Assembly (NCBI RefSeq): GCF_036321535.1
Contig: NC_087437.1
Location: 83,764,001 to 83,828,000, forward strand
Direction of reading: 5' to 3'
Length of the DNA: 64,000 bases
Source of the DNA: Camelus dromedarius
Taxonomy: Eukaryota
Shown: one piece after another, positions 1 through 10,466 of the stretch
Layout: the number at the start of each line of letters is the position of its first letter
How positions within the stretch are numbered: position 1 is the first letter of the stretch
Notes under the pieces: generated by a model
What the model saw: only the letters and a program-made list of their open reading frames with translations
Told to the model about the DNA's origin: nothing
Database searches by the model: none
Translations under genes and position numbers: made by a program

Positions 1-23
1 TTAATAAAAAGATAGAATTCACA

Positions 24-325
24 GTATATGAGAATATGGCTTTTTGCTTCAGAGATGAGTTTGAATCCTCATTCTACCCCTTAACAGTAAGTATATCAGG
101 CATTATTCTATATGCTTTACAATAATCAACTCAACTAACCATTATAACAATTGTATGAGGTAGATTCTGTTAGTATTTCCATTTTATATATGAGTAAACA
201 GAGGCACGGAGAAGTTAGTCACTTGCTCAAGTCACAAGGTCACATAGCCAGTGGCAGAGCCAAGATGAACTCAGATAATATATGTTAAGGTTCTCATAGG
301 ATTAGTAATGGTAGCCACAATTATT
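24..325. mobile_element. MIR SINE pieces in both orientations
   Basis: About 88-275 matches the reverse MIR core (ccattttatatatgagtaaacagaggcacggagaagttagtcacttgctcaag); the flanks resemble forward MIR 5' and 3' parts. Confidence 0.7.
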
Positions 326-943
326 TGAACATTTACTCTTTTCCAGACTGCACTGGGTCTTACCTACATGGTACATAAGAGCTGAAAAATATTAGTTTTT
401 AAATTTTAAATGATGAAATATACCACTTTTAAACATGTAGTAGGATGTTTACAAGTAAATATTTTATTTATAACATATTATCTTTCCCTTATAATGTATT
501 TTAATTAATTCATGGTTTATCTCTTAGCAGGCTAAAAAATATATCTGAAGCTAACATTTCTCTCCTAATTTGCTTAAGGAAGTCATTTGGTCCAATTTTC
601 AGCAGCAATTTAGATGAGTATCTGTTACATTATTTGCCATTATATTCAGCCCTAGGATATAGTTGATAAAAAAATCCTATCACAAGTATCATTAGAAAAT
701 AAGTCATTTTGATATGTATCAGATAAAAATGAGGTTTTGGATAACCATAATGGAAGCGTGTAAGTATATATGCATTTCAAGTACCATAGGTGGTCCTGAT
801 AAACTATTGTAAAGTAATTTAGCACATTTACTGGAGAAATGTATACAAGCTATAAAATAACATTCTGAGAATGACTACAGAAAAGAACAAATAGTTCACG
901 TCCCCAAACACCTATGAATTTCATTTTGCCTTAAAGAGCATAC

Positions 944-1084
944 TTGGCTGAGAGTATGCACTATGTGAGGAGTACTGCTGTATAATGACTCAACGATTTC
1001 GCTGAATTCAGCTTCTGGCATTGAATCTGCACATCAAGTCCAGTTACAGTGTAAATATATCATCGTTGCTAATACTGAGAGCAG
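944..1084 (-). other. Candidate cryptic/poison cassette exon, 141 nt (LLSVLATMIYLHCNWT*)
   Basis: Acceptor tttttcttgattccatgccctcttcttccag| and donor CAA|gtatgc. In-frame TGA at 1036-1034 when read after the phase-0 end of the 62-nt exon. No transcript evidence available. Confidence 0.4.
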
Positions 1085-2123
1085 CTGGAAGAAGAGGGCA
1101 TGGAATCAAGAAAAATACATGAAAATGAGATCAAGAGAGAGAGTAGATGCACATAGCACTTGTCCAAATAACACTGAACAAAAAATGAAGTGAAGAAAGA
1201 ATGCTTGAGATTGTTTATTCACATAGAAATGAAGAAAAACAATATAACACATTTCAAATAGCAAAAGTCCAGTCATTATATAAGTAAGAAAATTGGCGAT
1301 GTTTCTGTAGATAAATATATATTCAAGAAAACAGTGACATGCAAATATGTGACCTATGCTGGGGATAAAAATATTTACTCTATTGATTATTTTTTATATT
1401 TCTTTTTTTTTTTTACTATCAATGAATATTTTTGGGGCAAATGATAGCTTTTTAAATATTAAAGGTATTACACATACATTTTGAAATATAACTTCATGCT
1501 GCCTTCTCAGCTATGTTATCCTGTACCATGATATAAAACAAATAATTTTTAATACACCATATTTTAAAGGATAAGTCACTTAAAAAAGAGTGCTTTAAAA
1601 TTTTTTCTAAAACAAATCTGTGCCAAAGTTTCATTCTTTCTCCTTCTATTTTCTGAATAGTTAGCCAAATGATCTTAAGAGGGATAAAGCTGATAAAATC
1701 CGTTTTCTGATATGAACTCGAATCATTATTGGTAAATATACATCAACATAAGGGGTTCAGCATTATAGATAATGCATAAAATATCATACTGAATAGTTAA
1801 ATGTGATAAAGTCAAATGAATGGCTATGAGAAGCAACTGAGGTTCATTTAATCTTTCTTTACACCATCATTTGAAATATGTATATACTTATATGGCAAGT
1901 GAATTTACAGGAGAAATCAATTATATTATTACGTGTATCTGCTCCCTCTTTAGTAATACTCTAATGTATCACAGTATCAGAGAAATGCACCCTAGAGAAA
2001 ATGCTGTTATTCTTCATAGAAAAATCCGTGAATAACATTACACAAAAATTAATTTATAATGAATGATTTAAATCTAGAACTCAGAATAGCTTATTTAAAT
2101 GCTATCAGAAAAGAACACCTCAC

Positions 2124-2185
2124 CCGCAAAAAGGAGTCTAGGGATCCATTCTCCATGTATTCCACCACAATCATTACTGGTCTGC
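2124..2185 (-). CDS. EPHA6: EPHA6 internal coding exon, 62 nt, kinase subdomain V (gatekeeper/hinge)
   Basis: Minus strand reads ttctcttgctctttttgcag|GC AGA CCA GTA ATG ATT GTG GTG GAA TAC ATG GAG AAT GGA TCC CTA GAC TCC TTT TTG CGG|gtgagg, i.e. (G)RPVMIVVEYMENGSLDSFLR. Canonical AG/GT, phase 1 in and phase 0 out, classic Eph kinase motif. VVEYM is the EPHA6 form of the motif. Confidence 0.97.
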
Positions 2186-3904
2186 CTGCAAAAAGAGCAA
2201 GAGAACACACAAGAATTAGAGCAATTACAGAAATATGTGCTCCAGTTAGAGATTTCCAGCTGTGGCAGCTGAATTACTTGTATTTTATTAATAGGAACCT
2301 CATTTTCCAACATGCTTCTATAAATGTACTCATGTTAAAGATAGGGATTTCTCCATTTCTTTATAGCATTATTCCCTTTGAGTTCATAAAAAGAACATGG
2401 ATTACAAGATGAATTACAAAGGAATTAAGCACTTGCTTTTCTAAAGTCCTGCAATCTCTTGTTTAGATTGTGTTCTTTTAGCCCTGATCTTTTTCTTAAA
2501 AGACAGTCAACAATCTAAAGTCAGAGTTTAAGCAGTTACTGTAGCTGCTTGGCAGTTGTGGTACAACTTCTCCTCCAGTGATGCAGTAATTATGGCTGAA
2601 TTACATTAGACCGGGCATTTCTGAAATACTCCTAAGGCAAAGCAGAAGAGAGAAATTCATAAATTCTCTTTAAGAAATTATAAACCATCGGTCATAGTCT
2701 GCTTTTAAGGGTTTTTAAGTAGAAAAATGTCAGTAAATTGATGAGTGCTACAAAGTTGGTGGGATTTGTAATAGTTCTTGATCATCTCTTTATTGGACAT
2801 AGATTAGATCAACAGAACAATAATGGCAGTACATAAAAAGTAACTGATTTCGTAGTCTAGTGCAGAAGCTAAAATCAGAAACTGAGCATCATTTATTTCT
2901 TTTTATCACGTCTATTTGCAGTTGTTACAGTCCCCAATACACCTCTATTAGGTAGAATATTCAACATAAATAACTTTGATTTGTTTCAAAGAAAAGAATC
3001 TATTTGTTCTGCCCAATTGCCCAAGTTTAAAAGATAAACTCATTTCAGATGGAGGGAAAATGGTATTTACCTGAAATAAACATGTATGACATATTTACTT
3101 TTTACTTCTATATTTCTTGCTTCTTATTGGAATTTTTAGCAATTCAATCTGCACTGTGCACAGAGTTTTTCCTCATGAGCACAAAGAAGATCTGGAAAGA
3201 AATATGTGTACCAATGATGGAAATATTAGATCTCATATTGTAATTCATGTCCCTTTTATGAACTCAAAGCCTTGAGGGTTAGAAAGGGTGACTGTGACAA
3301 ATTAGTACAATGTCTGCAAATGCTAGATTTTATATTTGAATCTGTATTTTAAAGAAAGATGTGTTAAAGGTTAAATGTAGTAATAAAGCTCCCAATTTAT
3401 CATGCATAGAATTAGAACCCAAAGAAGTTTTCCATTTTGGTGAATTTCTATAATGTTCTTTAAAGTCATTAATTTCACCCAAATACAGATAAAAAAAATT
3501 TATCAGAACATACTGAGGTCAAATGAACAGAAAGCACTACTGCAGGCAGAGATCTAGAAGTTTCAGGTTTTAAATCTGAAAGTTTGTCATGAAATCTTCT
3601 ATTTGGCCATTGATTTCAGAGAGCCTGGAGCTGGGAGCCTAATGCAAATACTTGGTTAGCCACATAGGGATAATAAAAGGCCATTTTTATAGTTAAAAAT
3701 AAAATTCTGAGACATATTCCAGTTTGAATGATAACAGATTATGAATGTTAAGGGGGAAATTTGGGTTATTACAAAGCATGAGTTCTTATGCTCACAGTCA
3801 GAACTTTTCAATCAACATTGACCATTGCTGTCAGAACAACATATTTAGTTTTATGAAGATATATTTAAAATATATATATTAAAAACCCCTGGCATTCCCT
3901 AAGA

Positions 3905-4040
3905 ATACGAACATATTATTATTATCCCTATTACACAGATAGGAAAATGAGGGATAGAAAATTAAACTACTTCCCAGACAGCAAGTGAGTGGCAGTATCA
4001 GGCATCTGTCTCAGAGCTTAAGCTCTTAACCTTTATGCCA
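3905..4040 (-). mobile_element. MIR SINE
   Basis: attattatccctattacacagataggaaaatgaggg...gtggcag...gctcttaacc, reverse MIR core. Confidence 0.7.
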
Positions 4041-5689
4041 CAGGTGCCTCTCAGGCACGATTTATAGACTGGAGTGTAAGGCCCATCCTGTCAGTCAGTC
4101 CTCCTCAGTAATGGACCGCTCATCTCTCCTAAGTAGCCTTATCTACTGCCCATCAATTGTCATTATCGCCTATATTTGTTCAGTCCTGTCTCTTTCTGAC
4201 TTTCCTTTCAGTATTCCCCTACCAGGATTATCTCCCAACTTGCTTCTTTCCCTAAAAACACCCTACACCTCCCCAGAACGTATACACTCACCTCTTCCTT
4301 GAAATTCTCCCCCCGTGACATTTCCTATAGTTGCATTCCCAACACATCTATTGTCTGCATTACAAAATGTGTGCCTGATTTTGTATTGAGTTGTTTTTCT
4401 TTCTCAACTCCCTGTGGATGCTTTGTATCCCCATTCACTGGGTTTCTCAAGGTCACCTCCCACAGAGCTGAGCAGAGTAGGTGCTTCATGGAAACAAGCT
4501 GATTTTTCTCATCAATTTCACAATTCCTAAGAGAGAAACACTGAAATATTTCAGCAAGATTCTGATCTATGGAAATACAAAGTACTTTGAGATTAGTTCT
4601 ATCTATAACTCCTTGGGAGACACTTTATACAATCTTAAAAATCATCAGTGACAAGTTTCATCTTCTCATTAAAGATAATAAAGAGTCAGATGAAGACTCC
4701 CCCGGTTTCTTGTGAATTAGAAGTTTCACACCTGAGCTCTGCATCTTTTGTATTTTGTTCAGTAGCATCAATTGAAAGCAGGTGTTATTAAACTAAGGAT
4801 TTTTTTTTTTTTTTACAATACCACTGGCATCTAACCTGTAATTTGTTTCTTAGTGGTTTTCTATAGGGAAGTTAGTTACACTGTGAAGATTACAAGCTTA
4901 TAGTCCATGATTACATTTTATAATCAATAAAATAGATAAATACAAGGCAAATTATAAAAGTTAGGATGGTAGTCTTCAAATATGTGGTTAGGTGAGAGAG
5001 AACAGTGCTTTTCCTGTGTTATTTTTAAATACATAAAAATTATATATTGCATTTTCACTCCTGGAAAATATATTTGGAGGTGATTAATTCTCTTTTTTAA
5101 TATTTTCTACTTCAGCTTATTTCCATTTTTATAGTATTTTTTTTTTAGACAGTTTCTGCTGGATGTAGTGTTTTGTATTAGTTTGGAACTTTCTAAGGTG
5201 CAGTCATTAATTTCAAGAATCTACACAAACCTCAACAACCCCAAACTCTTATCACCAATTTAAATCAATTCTAGTTTATTTAATGTTATATTACATCTAC
5301 ATTTTGTCTGACAGCTAACAGAACTTGTGATGATAATTTGGATTGACAGGTTGCCTATATTTTTTCCTCCCTAACTGCAGTTCAGGACTTTTTGAGTCAG
5401 TTAATTAATCGCTTTCTACTTCCCTATTTCTGCTGTGCTGAGACTTATAATTATAATCTCAAATGGGTTTGCTAATAAGTGAAATAATTTTCTTACCCCT
5501 CTAAGGCATTCAAAAGATATGGATGACATAAATTTGAACGAAGTTACATATTAAATATTTATTTTTATGCACAAGATATGTCCTAAAATTGGAGGATTGT
5601 TTTTCTCTTAACACTGCTGCCTGGTGATTATCAGATCATGTCCTAAACAAATTCTATCCTCAGTGAGTTCAAATCCAAACTTTAAAAAT

Positions 5690-6630
5690 TTCCCTTGAAC
5701 TTCCTTTTCCTTCTGTATTTCTGTTTTGGTTAAAGCATAACCATCCATCTAGTTACCCAGGTTTGAAAATCTATGGTACTACTGGACTTCCCACTTTATC
5801 AAATTCCAACAGTGGTTTAATATTAAGTCATTAAATGGTGCTGATTCTATGCAAAATTTATTATCACCCATATTCTGCCTTTGTTTTCTTTTGCTTGACT
5901 TATCACAATAATTGTTTACTGGTTGTACTTGTTAATGCTTGTATATCATTATTTTAAACATTCAGTGACACATCAAATATGCATTTTTAAATGGCTACTC
6001 TGCATCAAGTACTCTTCTGGTTTCTGGAGAGACATCCTCAGTCAATACAAGACTCCTGCTCTCACAGAGTGGACACTGGAAAGGAGGACAGCCAATTACT
6101 ATAAAGGGCCAATGTCCCCTCCCCTCCTTTAAAGACTGTCTTACTTATTGTATTGTTTGCTGCAGGATTAAAGTCTGAACAGCTTGGCAATTAAGTTCCT
6201 TCACAATCTCTCCTCTACCTTTGTTTCTCTTTTCATCTTTGACTGCCCCTGTCCCCCTACCTCCTGTTTTTCAAATTCTCTAGGGGACTCATAATTCCTT
6301 AAGTATGCCTTTACTTGTACCTTCCTTCTCACTATCCCCATTTGGTAAAATCATATACTTAAAAATAAAAAAAGGAACTTAAATACCATCTTCACTGTCA
6401 ATTCCCCTATGAATCACTTTCTTGTTTTAGGAGGACCTGATTGTTTACTTTTGCTTCCCTTTATATCTTAAAAAATTATATAACACTTATAGTATGGCAT
6501 TGATACTAACTACAGTGTGTCTGCCTCCCACTGTAAAATGATGGACTTGTGCGTAATGCTTCTTTGTAAGTCCACTGTCTACTACAGGGTGTGGCACAGA
6601 GTAGGTACCCAATTTAATTTTTTTTGGACT
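5690..6630. mobile_element. L2 LINE fragments (mostly plus, with a minus piece at about 5960-6100)
   Basis: L2 3'-end motif ...gtggcacagagtaggtacccaat at about 6590-6615, plus typical L2 pyrimidine-rich blocks. Confidence 0.6.
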
Positions 6631-6779
6631 GGAATGTCAGAAGGAACATACAAATAAAGATGCTTCCCAGGAATAATTCAGACCTAGAGAAGAGTTACTG
6701 AGATAATAGAATGGTAATCAAAGGACTTTAATCCTAAATTATTTGTATTATAAAATATACGGTCTTGAAGAAAAAAACA

Positions 6780-6965
6780 AAATTCAAATGTCAGCTCTGC
6801 TACCTATTCATTGCATGATCTTGGGCAAGTTATTTTAGCTCTTTCAGTTTCTGCATCTATAAATAGAGGATAATATCACATACGATACATAATTTTCAAA
6901 GGATTAGATGAGAAAACATAAAACTGACACAGCATCTGGCAACAGTTGGCATTTAAAAATGTTGG
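6780..6965 (+). mobile_element. MIR SINE
   Basis: gctctgctacc...tgatcttgggcaagttattt...cagtttctgcatctataaatagaggataata, MIR core and tail. Confidence 0.8.
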
Positions 6966-7861
6966 TGTACGTTCACTTTCTTTTCCTTTTGGGCACAATT
7001 ATCTGCTTTCCCCTTCTTATTATAACTGTCCACTATGTAGCAAAAAATAGCTCTATAAAAATGCATCATTTTCATGTTCCATTGTCGTTTGACTGTCATG
7101 AAGATTCTTTCATATCCTACAGCAAAGAAAAAAAAACTGCTAGTTACATGTTTAATATATTAAGCAGTATATTTCTGGTTTTAGCACTGAAATCCTTGTG
7201 TCCCAGGCAAATTGGGCTGGTTTATTACCTTATGCTTTGTGTGCTCAGCACAGTGCAGTTAGAAGATGTAGGATTAGAGTAAGACTGCATGATATTGAAC
7301 TTTTCCACTTTGGGCAGGTGACCTTTCATAACTCACTTATCACTCTGCTTCATTCTCATTTGTACACTATATACATTCCTCATTTGTATATTTGTGTATG
7401 GAATATTATTACATAACAACACCTCCATTGCTTGAGATGAATTAAATCACAATGGAGGAGGTATTAATCTCCGTCCTCCACTGAGTGAGATGTGAGATTA
7501 ACTGAAATAATGTGTTTACAACACAGAGAATAGTATCTGATACTATAAACATTGAAACATCCAATAACAGCTTAAAGAATGAATGGATAAATGCAAGTGT
7601 TATATGTTACTGTACTGACTAGATGTTGAGTCCTAAGCTAAGAAGTGGTTTTCAGAGTTAAGAAGGTTCATTACTGTAAATGACTAAGGTCAATACATTT
7701 TGGAACTTTCCTGCTGGTCTCAAAAGTCTATTTAAATCCTATACAACTGAAATTGATAGGTCTGAAGTTGCTTTAAAGAACAAGATGGTTTCTCCTAGAG
7801 TAGAGTAAAATAATCAAAAATGGGTATTTTCTTACTTTAAATAACATACTGTAACATACAG

Positions 7862-8285
7862 TGTGAGCTGGTCTTGAGTTGAGTTAAGGCCGTGGGACCC
7901 AAGGCCACGATCAGAGCATTGAGATGAGTTACAGCCGTGGGACCCGAGGCCACGATCAGAGCATGTTCGTAGTATGCAGTAAATAATTGCTCCATGCATG
8001 CATCAATTATATAAGATTTAGAACAAAGAAAATAGAAGTATGCATGTGCTAGAGATATTCTGTAAGCCTAATGAACAAAGAAACTCAGACCACGCATGTG
8101 CTGACAGAAAACAGATAAAAGCAGGACAGGTGCATCATAGGCATACCTCCCTGTTACAATAAAGTGTTGTTAACCCCATGGTGTCTCCGGCTGAAGTCTG
8201 TCCGGCGGTATGGCAACTCCTCGTGCATTTTCTCGCTTGGGCCGCTCACCTCCTAGAACCCCACATCAGCCTCCCTCGGCTGACA
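7862..8285 (+). mobile_element. Solo ERV LTR, 424 bp, apparently young
   Basis: TG...CA ends (TGTGAGC/GCTGACA), perfect 5-bp TSD TACAG at 7857-7861 and 8286-8290, U3 tandem 45-bp repeat at 7874-7963, TATA-like GATAAAA near 8115, AATAAA at 8158-8163, many retained CpGs. Confidence 0.88.
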
Positions 8286-9309
8286 TACAGTTTCTTAGAA
8301 ATAGCTTTTATAGGAAGTAAATTCTTATTCTTACCTAACAAGCCATCTTGTGTCTTACATACTCTATTTACAGATTTGTATCTGTATCAATATGTCTTAG
8401 GTTAATTTGGAATTGATTTCAACCTTAGAAGTATTTGAAACCCCTACGTCTATATAATAACTATGTTGATTTGGTCCCATGCTTTGTCTTAATTCTTTAT
8501 TTTGCTTTTTGAATTTAAAGGGATCTAAATGCCTTTGGATTAACGCTGAAGAATATTTTTATTCTGTGATCAAACATAACTCACTTATGAGTTATGTGAG
8601 CAGAAATCAGGAGGGGTGATTTGCATTTATGAACACACTAACATTTCTTAATCTAGATTTGTTTTAGAGTAAGTCAAAGATGTGAGGCTAACGAAATGAA
8701 ACAAATTTCCTGACAGTTCCAGAAAGCAGTGACATACCATCTGCATCAATTAACGTCAGTAATATTCAGTACTGTCCTTCCTTTTACTGGAAATTACCAT
8801 ATGGGCAAAAAGATTTCTCCTTAACTAGAAATGTCTTACTGACAATGAGAGTTATTGCCAAAGATGCCTGATATTAGATTGTGTTTTCAACGTAAGACAT
8901 TAACCACATTGCAAAATTTTAATAACATAAAAAATTTTTAAGAATGATTGAGTTTGTATTACATCCACATTTATAAAAGTAATATAAGATTATGATCAAA
9001 TTAAAAGCAGATGCATTGAAATTAGCTGAATTATGACTTTTAGCTTTCCAATTATTATGAAAGAAATAATTGATTATATAATAATAATAGTTTAATTACC
9101 ACTAGGTAGCAATGAACAAAACACATCAGAGAATTCTCATGACTTGAAATACTGTGGAATGGCTAAGTTCAAAACCAAATTAAACTGCATGTCAAATAAA
9201 TAATTTTATGTTACCTTTGTTGGAGGTTTCTTTCTGCAAAATCTGTAGTGTGGGTAATTTAAAAATAGATACTATATCTTAATCAACACATATGTAACAA
9301 CAACTTAAA

Positions 9310-9545
9310 AAATAAGTTCTTCAATGTGCCAGACATAGTTCTAAGGGCTTTACATGGGTTTACTCATTTAATCCTCGCACCAACCCCTGTGGTGAGTATA
9401 ATCGCTAGTTCAATTTAACAGATAAGATTACAGATGTACTGAGAGTTTAAGCAAATTGTCCAAGAATACACACTGAGCAACTGGCAGGGCCAGAGCTTGA
9501 AGCCAGGCAATCTGGCTCCAGAGTCTGAATGCCTGGCCATCTTGT
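9310..9545 (-). mobile_element. MIR SINE, near full length
   Basis: tgtgccagacatagttctaagggctttacatgg...tttaatcctcgcaccaaccctgtg...ggcaatctggctccagagtc. Confidence 0.85.
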
Positions 9546-10419
9546 CATACCCCCAAATAATACTTGGGTTTCCATGAGTAATTTGGAGAACAGGAAGCAA
9601 TCAGTACCCCAGATCTCTGTGCCTCATCTTAAAAACACATCTTAGAGAGCCATAATGGCCTGGTGACCGTGTTGCTGCCAAAGACGTTTTATCCTTGAGA
9701 AGTTTTAGGATTTTAAAGCCCAATAAAGCCTTATAATAATCTATATAAACAGGAAATATGTACTAATGAAACTTGCTGGAAAAGCCTTTAGATTTTGCTT
9801 TCTCGGAATCCCAAACCTCAGTTTATGATAATGATCTCAAGGTTCCCTTACAAAGGAATCTTTAAAGAAAGAGTCCTGAAGCTTTTGGAAGAAGATGTCA
9901 TATTTTCCAGCAATGTTTCAAGTACTATGTTTCACTTCTAGTTTCAAAAGTGGGTTATGATTACATAAGTGATCAAATAGTCAACCTTTTGGTCTTTCGT
10001 ATTATTCACTAATTAAAAGAAAATCAACAGAAAACTTAAAAATCAAACAAACCTCTGGACAGGATATATTTAATCCTAACTACATAGGTTATTTGTGGTG
10101 AGATTTTAATTATAATGGAGGAAATACTGTCAAATGAATCATACATATGATGTAAATTAACTACCAACTACCTTCCTTTTTATCCCCCAGGAAAATTATG
10201 ACATTTTTGAAGGCTTTCTGCAACTTTACAAAAGGTTTACTTTTTAAAAAAATGTTCAGTTTTGCTAAATGCACTTTCTGTGACACCTCTGTGAATAGAA
10301 GTATGAAAAGCTAACATTGTGCCACAGGGCAACTTCCACTGTGCTTTGTCCTACAATGCAAAAGAATGAACGGGGAGACGAGACATGTTTTATAACAGGG
10401 CTGGTCTTTCCTAGCTTAC

Positions 10420-10466
10420 TTATGTTCTTAAGTGGCCCAGCAGCCCAGGAGGGAAAGAATGCTGCC
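10420..10466 (-). other. Candidate cryptic cassette exon, 47 nt (poison) or 42 nt (in frame) depending on acceptor
   Basis: Acceptor cctcttgctctctcgcag|GGCAG|C and donor TAA|gtaagc. No transcript evidence available. Confidence 0.4.

Noticed and set aside
2059..2412. 117-aa plus-strand ORF and 72-aa minus-strand ORF over the hinge exon
   Set aside because: Antisense or wrong-frame shadows of the real exon.
7874..7963. Direct repeats as a CRISPR-like array
   Set aside because: Two adjacent copies with no spacer inside a retroviral LTR in mammalian DNA.
10320..10385. Another strong minus-strand pyrimidine tract and AG (ccccgttcattcttttgcattgtag, AG at 10352-10351)
   Set aside because: No convincing donor found downstream, so no exon could be defined.
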